Assembly (NCBI RefSeq): GCF_024298765.1
Contig: NZ_CP101211.1
Direction: 5' to 3' (one strand)
DNA from: Escherichia coli
Lineage (GTDB): Bacteria; Pseudomonadota; Gammaproteobacteria; Enterobacterales; Enterobacteriaceae
DNA: 64,000 nucleotides
Part shown: positions 52,131 to 62,468 of the stretch, one piece after another
How the letters are laid out: every line of letters begins with the position of its first letter
How positions within the stretch are numbered: the stretch's first letter is position 1
Made by a program: the position numbers and the translations under genes
Notes under the pieces: model-generated
Told to the model about the DNA's origin: nothing
Databases searched by the model: none
The model's input: the letters and a program-made list of their open reading frames with translations, nothing else

Positions 52131-53186
52131 GGCTTTGTTGAATAAATCGAACTTTTGCTGAGTTGAAGGATCAGATCACGCATCTTCCCGACAACGCAGA
52201 CCGTTCCGTGGCAAAGCAAAAGTTCAAAATCACCAACTGGCCCACCTACAATAAAGCCCTCATCAACCGTGGCTCCATAACTTTCTGGCTGGATGATGAA
52301 GCTATTCAGGCCTGGTATGAGTCGACAACGCCTTCATCACGGGGAAGACCTCAGCGCTATTCTGATCTCGCCATCACCACCGTTCTGGTCATTAAACGCG
52401 TGTTCAGGTTGACCCTGCGGGCTGCACAGGGTTTTATTGATTCCATTTTTACACTGATGAATGTTCCGTTGCGCTGCCCGGATTACACCAGTGTCAGCAA
52501 GCGCGCAAAGTCGGTTAATGTCAGTTTCAAAACGTTCACCCGGGGTGAAATCGCGCATCTGGTGATTGATTCCACCGGGCTGAAGGTCTTTGGTGAAGGC
52601 GAATGGAAAGTCAAAAAACACGGCAAAGAACGCCGTCGTATATGGCGAAAGTTGCATCTGGCAGTTGACAGCAACACACATGAAATCATCTGTGCAGACC
52701 TGTCGCTGAACAATGTGACGGACTCAGAAGCCTTCCCGGGCCTTATCCGGCAGACTCACAGAAAAATCAGGGCAGCCGCGGCAGACGGGGCTTACGATAC
52801 CCGGCTCTGTCACGATGAACTGCGCCGCAAAAAAATCAGCGCGCTTATTCCTCCCCGAAAAGGAGCAGGTTACTGGCCCGGTGAGTACGCAGACCGCAAC
52901 CGTGCCGTTGCTAATCAGCGGCTGAGCGGAAGCAATGCACGGTGGAAATGGACAACGGAATATAACCGTCGCTCGATAGCGGAAACGGCAATGTACAGAA
53001 TGAAGCAGTTGTTGGGAGATTCACTGACGCTGCGTGACTACGATGGTCAGGTAGCGGAAGCTATGGCCATGGTGCGTGCGTTGAACAGGATGACAAAGGC
53101 TGGGATGCCAGAAAGCGTGCGTATTGCCTGAAAATCCAGCCAGCTCCAGGGTCGTTCGCACGAAATCTTATTTATTCAACAAAGCC
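52131..53186 (+). mobile_element. IS903/IS102-like element (IS5 family), no target duplication detected
   Basis: 18-bp terminal repeats GGCTTTGTTGAATAAATC; flanking 9-mers GATAGACTT and CATCTCATC differ. Confidence 0.85.
52163..53131 (+). CDS. IS903-type transposase
   Basis: near-identical over long stretches to IS903/IS102 transposase as recalled. Confidence 0.9.
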   Translation: MKDQITHLPDNADRSVAKQKFKITNWPTYNKALINRGSITFWLDDEAIQAWYESTTPSSRGRPQRYSDLAITTVLVIKRVFRLTLRAAQGFIDSIFTLMNVPLRCPDYTSVSKRAKSVNVSFKTFTRGEIAHLVIDSTGLKVFGEGEWKVKKHGKERRRIWRKLHLAVDSNTHEIICADLSLNNVTDSEAFPGLIRQTHRKIRAAAADGAYDTRLCHDELRRKKISALIPPRKGAGYWPGEYADRNRAVANQRLSGSNARWKWTTEYNRRSIAETAMYRMKQLLGDSLTLRDYDGQVAEAMAMVRALNRMTKAGMPESVRIA

Positions 53187-53447
53187 CATCTCATCTTCTA
53201 ACACGCTTCGGTAAATGGTCTTGGCCGAGAGTGTGCCCGGTAACGAGTACTCAACATAATTGTTTGAAACTCTTACCGATTTAGGGATTTTACCACTGAG
53301 CTGGGTTTCATTCGTTGAAGGCATTACAGTTACTTTAATCACAGTTGCCGGTGACCAGAAATCCTGATAACGCACTTTATGAATTTTATCAGCTCTAAGG
53401 CCTAACGTAAGCGTGCAGTGAGAACCGTATTGACGAAGTGAAGCTGG

Positions 53448-54983
53448 TCAGGCAGGCAGAGTAACCCGCCACGGGAGCAGAGCACCCACCCGGTTCACAG
53501 GCCAGTCGGCGATGACATCAAGTACATGATGCAGATAGCGTTCCGGATCCACGCCGTTTAATTTGCACGTCCCGATAAGACTGTACAGTGACGCACCGCG
53601 CTCACCACCATGATCCGAGCCGAAGAACAGCCAGTTTTTTCTCCCCAGACTGACCAGTCGTAGGGCGTTTTCGGCAATGTTATTATCCACCTCCACCCAG
53701 CCATCTTCTGCATAGCGGGTCAGCGCCGGCCACTGGTTCAGCGCATACCCGAACGCCTTCGCCAGTTCTGAGTGCCTTGAGAGGGTTTTCTGTTTCTCCC
53801 GCAGCCACCCCTCCAGTGACGCCAGCAGCGGCAGCACTTTTTGGTGCCGGACTGCCTGCCGTTCCTCTGCTCTTTTACCTCTGAGCTCCGACTCGATGGC
53901 ATACAGCTCGCCGATCCGTTTCAGCGCCTCCTCCGTCAGGGCTGACGGGGTACGGACGTGAACATCGTGGATTTTTCGGCGGGCATGGGCCCAGCACGCG
54001 GCTTCCTTTATATGGCCGTCGCGGTAGAGCTCGTTGAACCCGGCGTAGGCATCAGCCTGCAGTACGCCACTGAAGCCTGCAAGATGGGTCTGAGGGTGGA
54101 TACCTTTTCTGTCCGGGCTGTAAGCGAACCACACTGCGGGGGCCAGCGCTGATCCGGCGTTGCGGTCGTCTCGAACGTACGTCCATAAGCGCCCGGTCTT
54201 CGTCTTCTTATTGCCTGGCAACAGCACCGGGACAGGCGTATCGTCAGCATGGAGTTTGCCGTCGGTCAGGACATAGTGCTGAAGGGCTTCATCCAGCGGT
54301 GCCAGCAGACGACAACACGCATCCACCCAGCCCGACAGTACAGAACGACTCAACACTACACCCTGGCGGGCATAGATCTCCGACTGGCGATACAGCGGTG
54401 TGTGCTCTGCATACTTTGAGGTCAGCACTCGGGCCAGCAGCCCCGGTCCGGCGATCCCCCGTTCGATGGGGCGCGAAGGAGCCGGGGCCTGAACGATGCG
54501 ATCGCACCGACGGCAGGCATGCTTTTCACGGACTGTCCGGATAACCCGGAAGGCGCTGCGCATCAGCTCCAGCTGTTCGGCGGCATCCTCACCCAGGTAA
54601 CTCAGCGAACCACCGCACTCCGGGCAACACGGCTCAGTCGGCAGCAGCCGCTTCTCATCCCGTGGGAGTGACTCAGGGAACGGTTTGCGGGTGCGGGTCT
54701 GACGCAGCGGGCGCTGCACTGCCGGGTCATCCACCCGGCCGGTCAGCGTATCGCTTTCCTGCTGCAGCAGGTTCAGGTCAGCTTCCATTTGCGCGATACG
54801 GCGGGATACCTTTTCGGAACGACTGCCGAAGTTCATCCGGCGCAGCTTATCCAGTTGCGCCTGCAGATGGTCTATTTCGCGTTCCCGGTTGCTCAGCTTT
54901 TCCTGCAGGGCGTGGATCAACGCTTCCTGTTCGGCCAGGCGCTGTTTCAGCAGAAGGATGTCGTCAGAAGAGGTGTCGTTCAT
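53448..54983 (-). CDS. IS66-family transposase TnpC
   Basis: 511 aa with zinc-finger CPECG...CRRC and leucine-zipper N-terminus typical of IS66 TnpC. Confidence 0.9.
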   Translation of the reverse strand: MNDTSSDDILLLKQRLAEQEALIHALQEKLSNREREIDHLQAQLDKLRRMNFGSRSEKVSRRIAQMEADLNLLQQESDTLTGRVDDPAVQRPLRQTRTRKPFPESLPRDEKRLLPTEPCCPECGGSLSYLGEDAAEQLELMRSAFRVIRTVREKHACRRCDRIVQAPAPSRPIERGIAGPGLLARVLTSKYAEHTPLYRQSEIYARQGVVLSRSVLSGWVDACCRLLAPLDEALQHYVLTDGKLHADDTPVPVLLPGNKKTKTGRLWTYVRDDRNAGSALAPAVWFAYSPDRKGIHPQTHLAGFSGVLQADAYAGFNELYRDGHIKEAACWAHARRKIHDVHVRTPSALTEEALKRIGELYAIESELRGKRAEERQAVRHQKVLPLLASLEGWLREKQKTLSRHSELAKAFGYALNQWPALTRYAEDGWVEVDNNIAENALRLVSLGRKNWLFFGSDHGGERGASLYSLIGTCKLNGVDPERYLHHVLDVIADWPVNRVGALLPWRVTLPA

Positions 54984-55032
54984 AAGCCTGTATTTTACCA
55001 GGCTTATTCTGCGACAACCAGGATAAAGAGCG

Positions 55033-55380
55033 CTACAACATGGTCAGGGATGTCAGTAACCGCTTTGGCTGTCGCCAGTCGATACCTTCCATCAGCATCG
55101 CCAGTTGCGCCGGCGTCAGGAACACTTTGCCATCGCGGGCTGAGGGCCAGGCGAAGCGACCACGTTCCAGTCGCTTTGTCAGCAGGCACAGACCATCGCC
55201 GGTGGACCAGAGCAGTTTTACCTGACTGCCGCTGCGTCCCCGGAAGATGAAGACGTGGCCGGACATCGGGTCATCTTTCAGCGCGGTCTGCACCTTTGCG
55301 GCGAGGCCATTGAAGCCGTTGCGCATATCGGTGATACCGGCAACCAGCCAGATTTTTGTGCCTGCGGGAAGATTTATCAT
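55033..55380 (-). CDS. IS66-family Orf2 (TnpB)
   Basis: 115 aa, typical IS66 Orf2. Confidence 0.85.
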   Translation of the reverse strand: MINLPAGTKIWLVAGITDMRNGFNGLAAKVQTALKDDPMSGHVFIFRGRSGSQVKLLWSTGDGLCLLTKRLERGRFAWPSARDGKVFLTPAQLAMLMEGIDWRQPKRLLTSLTML

Positions 55381-55760
55381 ACAGGCCCCCGCATCAGTTC
55401 GCGCAGGACAGTGCTCATGAGTTCAGCAGAGGGATGAGTCAGTGTTATTTCTCCTCCCCGACATTTTATGTGGCAGGTAGCGGGAGGAGAGCAGGATGGT
55501 AGTTCGAAGGTTGGGAGAGAAGAGCCCGCCTGAAGCTGCACGGGTATCAGGGCAGGAAGCGACGATGAGTTTTTTCGGGGCCGACAGACCCGCCCTTCAC
55601 GCTGCCAGAGCCTTATCCATTTAAAGAGCAGGTTATCATTGACGTCATGTTTCCGGGCCAGTGCGGCAATACTGCCTTCTTCTTCAAGAGCCAGCCTGAC
55701 CAGTTCCATTTTGAATTCAGGGGAATAGTGTTTCCGGGGAAGTCTTTCTTTAGCGCGCAT
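55377..55760 (-). CDS. IS66-family Orf1 (TnpA)
   Basis: 127 aa HTH protein overlapping Orf2 by 4 nt. Confidence 0.8.
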   Translation of the reverse strand: MRAKERLPRKHYSPEFKMELVRLALEEEGSIAALARKHDVNDNLLFKWIRLWQREGRVCRPRKNSSSLPALIPVQLQAGSSLPTFELPSCSPPATCHIKCRGGEITLTHPSAELMSTVLRELMRGPV

Positions 55761-56155
55761 GAGGTGTCCACCTGCAAAATAAGTGGGTGCTTAAGTTACA
55801 GGATCCTGGATTCGGGACCAGACGGTACTCAGACGACGCTTACGGCCTAACCACACATTTCCGGCGATAAGAACAATAAGCAATCCATAAACTGATCGTC
55901 GAATGTTACGCCTTTTAATCACAATGTCCCCCATCCCTCAAATATCATTCTAAATAACTGCACCAGGATATCATGAGCGTAATTAATAGAATTCTTCATA
56001 ACCGGGGTTTTCAGTTGAGTTTGCGGACTCTTTACTTTGCGGTTTCTCACCCTCTAGTTGAGTATCCCTGACAGGCTTGGATTTACCCATGCTCCTCTGA
56101 AAGGTATCCATAACAAACTCAATATCTTCTTCTGGCAGGCTGGTGGGTTGGTTGC

Positions 56156-57847
56156 TCATAGGACTTCCTCTTGTTGAATACGTTCGGCGTACAGGATGCG
56201 AACCGAAACGGTCGTGTTTTCAAACTCGTTCTCAAAAACGTCCATCCATTCCGTCCGGAATTCTTCCCCCAAAAGGTTATCGAGCCCCTGAAGAGATAAT
56301 GGAAGAACGGCTGCTAGAGATCCCCCGGCTGCGAGATGAGATGCAGCTGCCTGGAGATGCAGCCTGGCCCGGTTATCGGCAAAAGGTGGGTTCATCACGA
56401 CATAATCAAACTTCTTCTGTTGATTAGACTTAGACCATGTGAGGAAGTCAGCTTCTGTCGTATCGTATCCCTTAGCCCGGGAGATAAGGCAATTCAAAGT
56501 ATCAAGCTCGATGCCAGTAACGATCACACCGGCAGGGAATGATTTAAGCAAATCCGCATGGCCAATATTAGGCTCCAGGAGGGTATCCCCTTCCCCTGCA
56601 CCAAGCAGGGAAGATACATATTCGCTGATTCGGCAAGATGAAGGGTAAAACTGATGCGATACAATATCAGGCATCTCCCCTATCTGGCCGATGTAACGAA
56701 TAACCTCACACGGATCATAGGAAAATGTCACATCGTATTTTGTTACTGTTGCCCCTAAGAACCGAAGGGTGTCAGCGGCAACACTCGAAGATTTGCGTTC
56801 GGCGAGAGACCCTAAAGATGTCCAGCAACTCCATTTATTGTCCCCGTCATTTTTAAACATCAGTTCAGAAAGCTGCATCCGGGTATCAAAGTCGATGCAC
56901 TGCTTAAGTACAGGGAATGCCTCCAAAGATTTCTTGCTATGAGCCATACGGTCGGCAGGTAATGCCAGCGGTACGATAGCTGATAAAATATTGTTAAGCC
57001 GCTCGGCGATATCAGGGTGGACGTCAATATGCATTGATCCATTTTTGTAAACCCTGAAACGAATACTGTTGCCATCGATGCAGATCCATTTTCTGAACCC
57101 CTCATGTTCGACCAACGCCTCAACCAATGATTTGGTGTTATGGATCGCCTTCACCTGTTCGCCACGGAAGAATGCGCATATAACGCGGAGCTCGCTCAGC
57201 GGTGAAATGCCAGACTCTTTAAAATCCACCCTTAATTTCTGCCAGGGGTATTTAGACGGCTCGCAAACTCCGGTAGTGATCATGCGGGTGGAGAACCCAA
57301 AAGCTTTGTTTGTCTTGTGACTGCGGCTCAGAGACTGGAAGACGTCGTAAACCCTTTCTTTAATAAATTGATTGCGGTCATTAAGCAAAGCAACGACTGT
57401 GCCCACTACAGCGTCAGCTGTGAAATCAGGGATCACCTGAGGCGGCATAATATAACGGTCGGCCGTAAACTGCTTATCCCATTCGTTACGTTTGGCATCC
57501 GACATGATAGGCAAAACATCAGTGAGTGCCATAACGCGTTTCCAGTATTCTGATCTCAGAGCGTTTTCTGCGAACAAAGCATCCGCTTCTGAGATGCTGT
57601 GGTTGTAGCCTGAGAGATAAGAATAAAGTTTCTGGTGATTGTGGGTTTTGAACTGGACAGCCATGAGTTTCAACAAGCAGAGTTCATCATTATAGGACTC
57701 AACAAGATCCGCGATAATGCCGAGCTCTTTGCGCATATCTGGAAGAAATGTTTCAGGAGAGCTAACCACCAGGCTATGAGAGGTTGTTAAAGCCAGTACG
57801 CTGTGACCTGCATTATCGGGTTTAGCTTCAGAATCAAGAGATGACAT
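56156..57847 (-). CDS. orphan DNA methyltransferase with large N-terminal domain (563 aa, NPPF motif)
   Basis: C-terminal VVMNPPF catalytic motif; N-terminal ~400 aa unassigned. Confidence 0.65.
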   Translation of the reverse strand: MSSLDSEAKPDNAGHSVLALTTSHSLVVSSPETFLPDMRKELGIIADLVESYNDELCLLKLMAVQFKTHNHQKLYSYLSGYNHSISEADALFAENALRSEYWKRVMALTDVLPIMSDAKRNEWDKQFTADRYIMPPQVIPDFTADAVVGTVVALLNDRNQFIKERVYDVFQSLSRSHKTNKAFGFSTRMITTGVCEPSKYPWQKLRVDFKESGISPLSELRVICAFFRGEQVKAIHNTKSLVEALVEHEGFRKWICIDGNSIRFRVYKNGSMHIDVHPDIAERLNNILSAIVPLALPADRMAHSKKSLEAFPVLKQCIDFDTRMQLSELMFKNDGDNKWSCWTSLGSLAERKSSSVAADTLRFLGATVTKYDVTFSYDPCEVIRYIGQIGEMPDIVSHQFYPSSCRISEYVSSLLGAGEGDTLLEPNIGHADLLKSFPAGVIVTGIELDTLNCLISRAKGYDTTEADFLTWSKSNQQKKFDYVVMNPPFADNRARLHLQAAASHLAAGGSLAAVLPLSLQGLDNLLGEEFRTEWMDVFENEFENTTVSVRILYAERIQQEEVL

Positions 57848-57978
57848 TTTACCGGTCCTTTAGAAAAAACTTTTACCAGGATAGCAACGTCGCTCAGTAA
57901 CCTAATAGGTTCAGTGACACGAAAAAGTTTTTTATGTCTCTGAATAAAACTTAAAGATGTCAACTCATAGAAAGAAGC

Positions 57979-58005
57979 AAAAAAAAAGCCCCGCATAAAC
58001 GGGGC
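57979..58005 (-). terminator. intrinsic terminator downstream of ParB-like gene
   Basis: minus-strand stem GCCCCG-tttatg-CGGGGC followed by T9. Confidence 0.6.
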
Positions 58006-58094
58006 AAGAACGATACATGGAGGTTTAAAAAAGGCGGGCAAAAAGCCTGAATCCTTAATGACTCTGACAAAACCAGCACTTTGCCAAAAGTAAA

Positions 58095-59258
58095 TTATTC
58101 TGCGTCCGGCTGTGGGTCAGTATCCTGATCGGTCTCTTCCCCTGCCTTCTTAGCATTTTTTTTACGTGGGTATTTTGGCTTCTCACCATTAAGTTTTGCC
58201 TGACGATTCTCCGCACGGCGAAGCTGCTTGTTCTCTGATTCTGTGATCTCTTTTGAAAGATTTCTCAACATCTCCAGAGTACTGCGGTTCAACGTAATGT
58301 TGATTTCTTCGTCAGCACTTGAATCTGTCAGCTCCGGCAATTCAATATCCCCCAGTTTCTGTAATAAGCTGGTGGTGATGAGTTTGACGCCTTCTACGGC
58401 TTTTGTGGCAATAACCGGCGGAATCCGTGCTGGCTTGAAGTCTGAAGGTCTGACTCGTACCTGACCATGTTGGGTTTTTTTCACCGTGATGCCATTCGCA
58501 TCGGCCTGCTCAAGTTCTGCGATCATCTTCTTGATACGTGAAATTGCTTCTGTTTCGCCGAGCTCATCGATCAGTGAAAGCACGTTAACATACGAAATAG
58601 CGTCAGCATGAATCCATTTCTTGATAACAACAGAACAGGTTGTCAGGCGGATAAGAGAACTGATGGTCGTCGGGCTTTTATTTTCACGTTGAGCAATTCG
58701 TTCGAGTGACCAGCCAGCAAGAGAATGTAGGCGACGATAGGACTCGCCAAGCGCAACAGGAGAAAGCGCAAGACCACGGTTACCATCAATGGTCGCGAGC
58801 TCACAGCCAATTTCATCTTCTTTAATCTCAACGCAAAGGATTGTGATGTCATGATCTTCATCACATGCCATCATTGCGGCTTTTAAACGGCAGTGCCCCT
58901 GGCGAACAAAAGGTACCCCATCAATGACACGTACTCGGATAGGGTCTACATAGTCACCTCGAATGTAGGCATTCTTGATGTTGTAGATGTGTTCTTCAAC
59001 CTCAGGGAGCTTATAGTAATCGTCACCCATTCCCATTTCGCGGGAGTTGAAGCCTGGCGTGACCTGAATTACTGAAGGGTGGATAGCCCATGCTTTCTGG
59101 TCACTTACTTCAGTACAAAGTTCAGGGTTTGCATCACGGAACTGTTTAAGCCCAGTGACGTAACGGCCTGTGCCAGTAACTACTGAAAAGGCAACATGGG
59201 CCGTTTTAAAGACCTTGTCATTAGCTTGCTGTGTAGGTTCTGTCAGTAAAACACTCAT
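58095..59258 (-). CDS. ParB-like nuclease domain protein (387 aa)
   Basis: GVPFVRQGHCRLKAA ParB box; paralog of 5063..6247. Confidence 0.75.
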   Translation of the reverse strand: MSVLLTEPTQQANDKVFKTAHVAFSVVTGTGRYVTGLKQFRDANPELCTEVSDQKAWAIHPSVIQVTPGFNSREMGMGDDYYKLPEVEEHIYNIKNAYIRGDYVDPIRVRVIDGVPFVRQGHCRLKAAMMACDEDHDITILCVEIKEDEIGCELATIDGNRGLALSPVALGESYRRLHSLAGWSLERIAQRENKSPTTISSLIRLTTCSVVIKKWIHADAISYVNVLSLIDELGETEAISRIKKMIAELEQADANGITVKKTQHGQVRVRPSDFKPARIPPVIATKAVEGVKLITTSLLQKLGDIELPELTDSSADEEINITLNRSTLEMLRNLSKEITESENKQLRRAENRQAKLNGEKPKYPRKKNAKKAGEETDQDTDPQPDAE

Positions 59259-59334
59259 AGGGGCTCCGTTACATTTTTCTGCTTACTTTCTGCGTAGCGG
59301 GGATACTACCGAAAAAAAAATTCATAATTTTTCG

Positions 59335-59350
59335 CAAAAAAGGTACTTTT
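59335..59350. promoter_or_regulatory. degenerate palindrome variant AAAAAGGTACTTTTT
   Basis: one extra G relative to the core; ~80 bp upstream of ParB-like start. Confidence 0.3.
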
Positions 59351-59606
59351 TGAGCCTATTCTGATTTTTTACAAAAAAAGGTGGCTCCCCATTACTTGTG
59401 ATGGCATAAAAATCGCTTCATAAACAAATACATAAATCCAAAACATAAAGTTCAGGTATAAGTGAGGAAAAATCTTATAAATCCGAAATGCTGAAAGTCA
59501 AAACTGTGCGTCTTAAACAACTTTTTTTTGCTCCCTAAGTTATTAGTTAAAGCCCGTGGTTAGGTACGATACCAGCACCTAAATTTCTCTCTCAGGTATA
59601 GACACT

Positions 59607-60440
59607 TTGACTCGACATCTCAGACACATGCCGATAATCAAATGGGCTGGTGGAAAAACGAAACTGATGCCTTTCATCAGCCATCACTACCCACACGATC
59701 ATAGTTGCCGGTGGGTAGAACCCTTTATAGGCGGTGGTGCCGTTTTTCTGAACATGTTTGCACAAAATGCATTGCTTGCAGATAGCAATCCAGACTTGAT
59801 CAACCTATACAGGACTATTCAAAGACAGAAAACTAACTTTATAAATCAGGTCCAAAACTTGGCGGATAAAACCTTTGTCGAAAAGGACTACTATGAGATG
59901 AGGGACCGTTTCAACAAAACCTGTATTTCTGGTCAATCGCTTCAAAGAGCGGCTTTGTTTTACTCCCTGAATCGCCTGGGCTATAACGGTATGTGCCGCT
60001 ATAACTCAGAAAGAATCTATTCAGTGCCGTGGGGGAAACATACAGAACTGAAGCTTGACCTCAATAAAATAGACTACCTTTCATTTCGTCTTTCAGGTAT
60101 TGAACTGATCACCGCTGGTTTTGAGGAGACTCTGGCCGCAACCGGTGAAGGAGATCAGATTTACTGTGATCCGCCATATGACAAAACAAGCAAAACTAGT
60201 TTTGTCAGTTACGATGGTAAACCGTTCAGCCAAAGCGACCACGTGCTGTTAGCAAATATGCTCGTTGACGCTCACAGAAAAGGCGCTGCTGTTGCGATAT
60301 CAAATAGCCTGACATCATTCACTTTGGGCCTCTATGAAGAGCGTGGATTCGTCATACACAGACTCAGCGCTTACCGATCCGTAGGAAGTAAGCCGAATAC
60401 ACGGAAAACGGAAACAGAAATACTGGCCGTGCTGAAATAG
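59607..60440 (+). CDS. Dam-family N6-adenine DNA methyltransferase (orphan)
   Basis: IKWAGGK N-terminal motif, EPF.GGGAVFLN, NRLGYNGMCRYN and DPPY catalytic motif as in E. coli Dam; true start may be the ATG at 59628. Confidence 0.85.
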   Translation: MTRHLRHMPIIKWAGGKTKLMPFISHHYPHDHSCRWVEPFIGGGAVFLNMFAQNALLADSNPDLINLYRTIQRQKTNFINQVQNLADKTFVEKDYYEMRDRFNKTCISGQSLQRAALFYSLNRLGYNGMCRYNSERIYSVPWGKHTELKLDLNKIDYLSFRLSGIELITAGFEETLAATGEGDQIYCDPPYDKTSKTSFVSYDGKPFSQSDHVLLANMLVDAHRKGAAVAISNSLTSFTLGLYEERGFVIHRLSAYRSVGSKPNTRKTETEILAVLK

Positions 60441-60448
60441 AGTAAATT

Positions 60449-61114
60449 CTAATCAACTGGGCTAATCCATTCCTCAAAAGTTAATACCTCAGGGTAAGTT
60501 CGTTGAACATAAGGTATAAACTGAAGCTCTTCTATTCTCCGGTCGCCCCTCTTTCCTTCGCAAATAAATGAAATGAGTCCTTGCTGAGAAAGGCCAGTAA
60601 GGACGCTCATAAGTCTTATATTTAGACTTTTAAGCTGTAAGTCGTTATTAATGTCCTCCACTTTATGAGAGCTCTGGCCTGAACGTTTAAGATACTCGTA
60701 AACCATGAAATTCGAATTTCGTCGTTTTAACAATTTTTCGGTTATGCATTCCTGAATGAAGTCGCCAAGAGCATCTAAAAGCGGACTGAGAACTACCGGG
60801 AAAGTTAATGTGTAACTTTGAGAAGTTTTAGACAAAGTGAATGAGTTTAGAAAGCTAAAGTTTAGTCTCTTTTTTGAATATGGAACATAAGCGACAAGAG
60901 TAGTCGACATAACAGTAAGTAAAGCTTCAAGATGGTTCACTGTTATTAAAGTGGCTTTATCTGTATTTCTAAGATTATGGAAATCAATAAACGCTACTCT
61001 TGAACGGCTAAGCCAATCTTGTACTTTAATGTCGATAGAAAATTGCGAGATATGATTTGAACATTCATTTTGGGTGATAGGGCATGCAGACGAAAGATGG
61101 TTATGGATTATCAT
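60449..61114 (-). CDS. hypothetical protein (start placed at internal Met so that the palindrome is upstream)
   Basis: long ORF 60449..61306; upstream palindrome at 61202 suggests the shorter start; start uncertain. Confidence 0.35.
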   Translation of the reverse strand: MIIHNHLSSACPITQNECSNHISQFSIDIKVQDWLSRSRVAFIDFHNLRNTDKATLITVNHLEALLTVMSTTLVAYVPYSKKRLNFSFLNSFTLSKTSQSYTLTFPVVLSPLLDALGDFIQECITEKLLKRRNSNFMVYEYLKRSGQSSHKVEDINNDLQLKSLNIRLMSVLTGLSQQGLISFICEGKRGDRRIEELQFIPYVQRTYPEVLTFEEWISPVD

Positions 61115-61201
61115 GCATAGCACAAAAAAAGGAAAACGGCAGGCTGTGGGGCATTGAAAACCGGTTAAAGAAAGCTTAGACGTTTCATATGCGCTTACCG
61201 G

Positions 61202-61214
61202 AAAAGTAACTTTT
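61202..61214. promoter_or_regulatory. AAAAGTAACTTTT palindrome copy
   Basis: CCGGAAAAGTAACTTTTC. Confidence 0.45.
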
Positions 61215-61537
61215 CTTAACGTTGGCTTTGACGATGTTCTTGCATTTTTACAAATGAAACCGAGACCCAGATCATTGTGCATTTTAAAGTCCATCTCCAT
61301 CATCACCTTTTAGCCTTAACTGTATGGTATTGGTATACAAAAAATTAAAATTATAATTAATAAGATTATCATTTTTTTACAATAGAAAAGGTTCTGATAG
61401 AGGAGAATTTAAATGTAAAAGATTTATACTCGCAGATCTTTATGAGGGATAAAACCCATTGCGTAAGCAACAATATTACGTGAGTGAGTCCTAACGACAG
61501 TTAAAGTCTTGGCTCTATATTTAAGCAGCAAAAACAT

Positions 61538-62254
61538 TTAACTGTCTTGGAGTTTATTTAACTTAAAAACTGTTATTGCAGCATAATTTTTCGAATCAAA
61601 TTCATAGAATTTTCTGACTTTTCCAGTCAAATGATAACGTTCACCCAATAAAATGTGATCCTGTTTATCGGCCGTTAAAGCGATCCCGTCATTTCTAACT
61701 TTACCAGTAAATGTAAAAAAATAACTCCCTTTACTTTTTGCGTACGCGGCCCTGACTTCAGTAAATGTTAGTTCAATGCTTATGACCTGGCCGATATTGT
61801 AGCTATGTTTTAAAATTTCTTGTTCATTTTCCGGAGTTTCAGACAACATCACATCAAAAGTTGTAAAGAAACAATCCAGCTGGCGTTCTGTCAAGAAACG
61901 GTTATTGTCTAATTGCGCCAATATACTATTAGAAAACTTAGTGTTAGCCTTTTTTGCTTTCTCAATAAGGACGTGGTTTCTGGATTTCCATGCTTCGAGT
62001 GTTGGGTTAACACGCAGTTCCGGAATGTTATCGAGAAAGGTAATTGGCTCTAGTGCCACTAATTTTTCAATAATGGGTCCAACTGTTTGTACCCCATGAC
62101 ACTTTTCACATAAATCAGCCCCTTTGTGGCCTGTGCCCGCACATTCGTTACATTCTCTTTCGATAGGTGCATAATAATTTCCATCTCCGTTAAGTGATAC
62201 ATTCACTGAGGCTGGTACCATATGACCATCAAGAGTAAAGAAAAGAGATTTCAT
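61538..62254 (-). CDS. zinc-ribbon protein (238 aa)
   Basis: CNECAGTGHKGADLCEKCHG (CxxC...CxxC). Confidence 0.5.
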   Translation of the reverse strand: MKSLFFTLDGHMVPASVNVSLNGDGNYYAPIERECNECAGTGHKGADLCEKCHGVQTVGPIIEKLVALEPITFLDNIPELRVNPTLEAWKSRNHVLIEKAKKANTKFSNSILAQLDNNRFLTERQLDCFFTTFDVMLSETPENEQEILKHSYNIGQVISIELTFTEVRAAYAKSKGSYFFTFTGKVRNDGIALTADKQDHILLGERYHLTGKVRKFYEFDSKNYAAITVFKLNKLQDS

Positions 62255-62451
62255 TTTCGAAACACCTCCAAACGTGCCTCTACGATTGCTACAGCTTCTT
62301 TCACAGTTTTTTCATAGTGGTCATGCCCTTCAGGAAATTGATCAAAACGTTTACCGTGTTCTAACTCTTCCATGTTGCGTTTAAGGACTTCATGAGTTAG
62401 AAGCAAATCACTATAATTATCGATAAGAGTCAGCTTTATAGGTTTAATCAC
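62251..62451 (-). CDS. hypothetical protein (66 aa)
   Basis: ORF overlapping the downstream gene by 4 nt. Confidence 0.35.
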   Translation of the reverse strand: MIKPIKLTLIDNYSDLLLTHEVLKRNMEELEHGKRFDQFPEGHDHYEKTVKEAVAIVEARLEVFRK

Positions 62452-62468
62452 TCAACTAATCCTCGTTT

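Larger units (their letters stand above)
53407..55843 (-). mobile_element. IS66-family element (~2.44 kb) with 8-bp target duplication GGCCTAAC
   Basis: ends GTAAGCG...CGCTTAC; three-ORF organisation; direct repeat at 53399-53406 and 55844-55851. Confidence 0.9.
53172..55934 (-). pseudogene. small membrane-protein gene split by IS66-family insertion and truncated at 3' end by IS903 terminal repeat (fragments 55852..55934 and 53172..53398)
   Basis: frames join across a single copy of the 8-bp duplication to give MGDIVIKRRNIRRSVYGLLIVLIAGNVWLGLRADKIHKVRYQDFW...; the final codons and stop lie inside the IS903 repeat. Confidence 0.55.

Noticed and set aside
52122-53195. Target-site duplication for the IS903-like element
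   Set aside because: The 9-mers flanking the 18-bp terminal repeats (GATAGACTT and CATCTCATC) do not match, so no duplication is claimed; a rearrangement is inferred instead.
53958-55437. Several ORFs inside the IS66-family element on the opposite strand (e.g. 54299..54544, 54662..54985, 54789..55250)
   Set aside because: They are antisense to the IS66 tnpA/B/C genes and GC-skewed; not credible genes.
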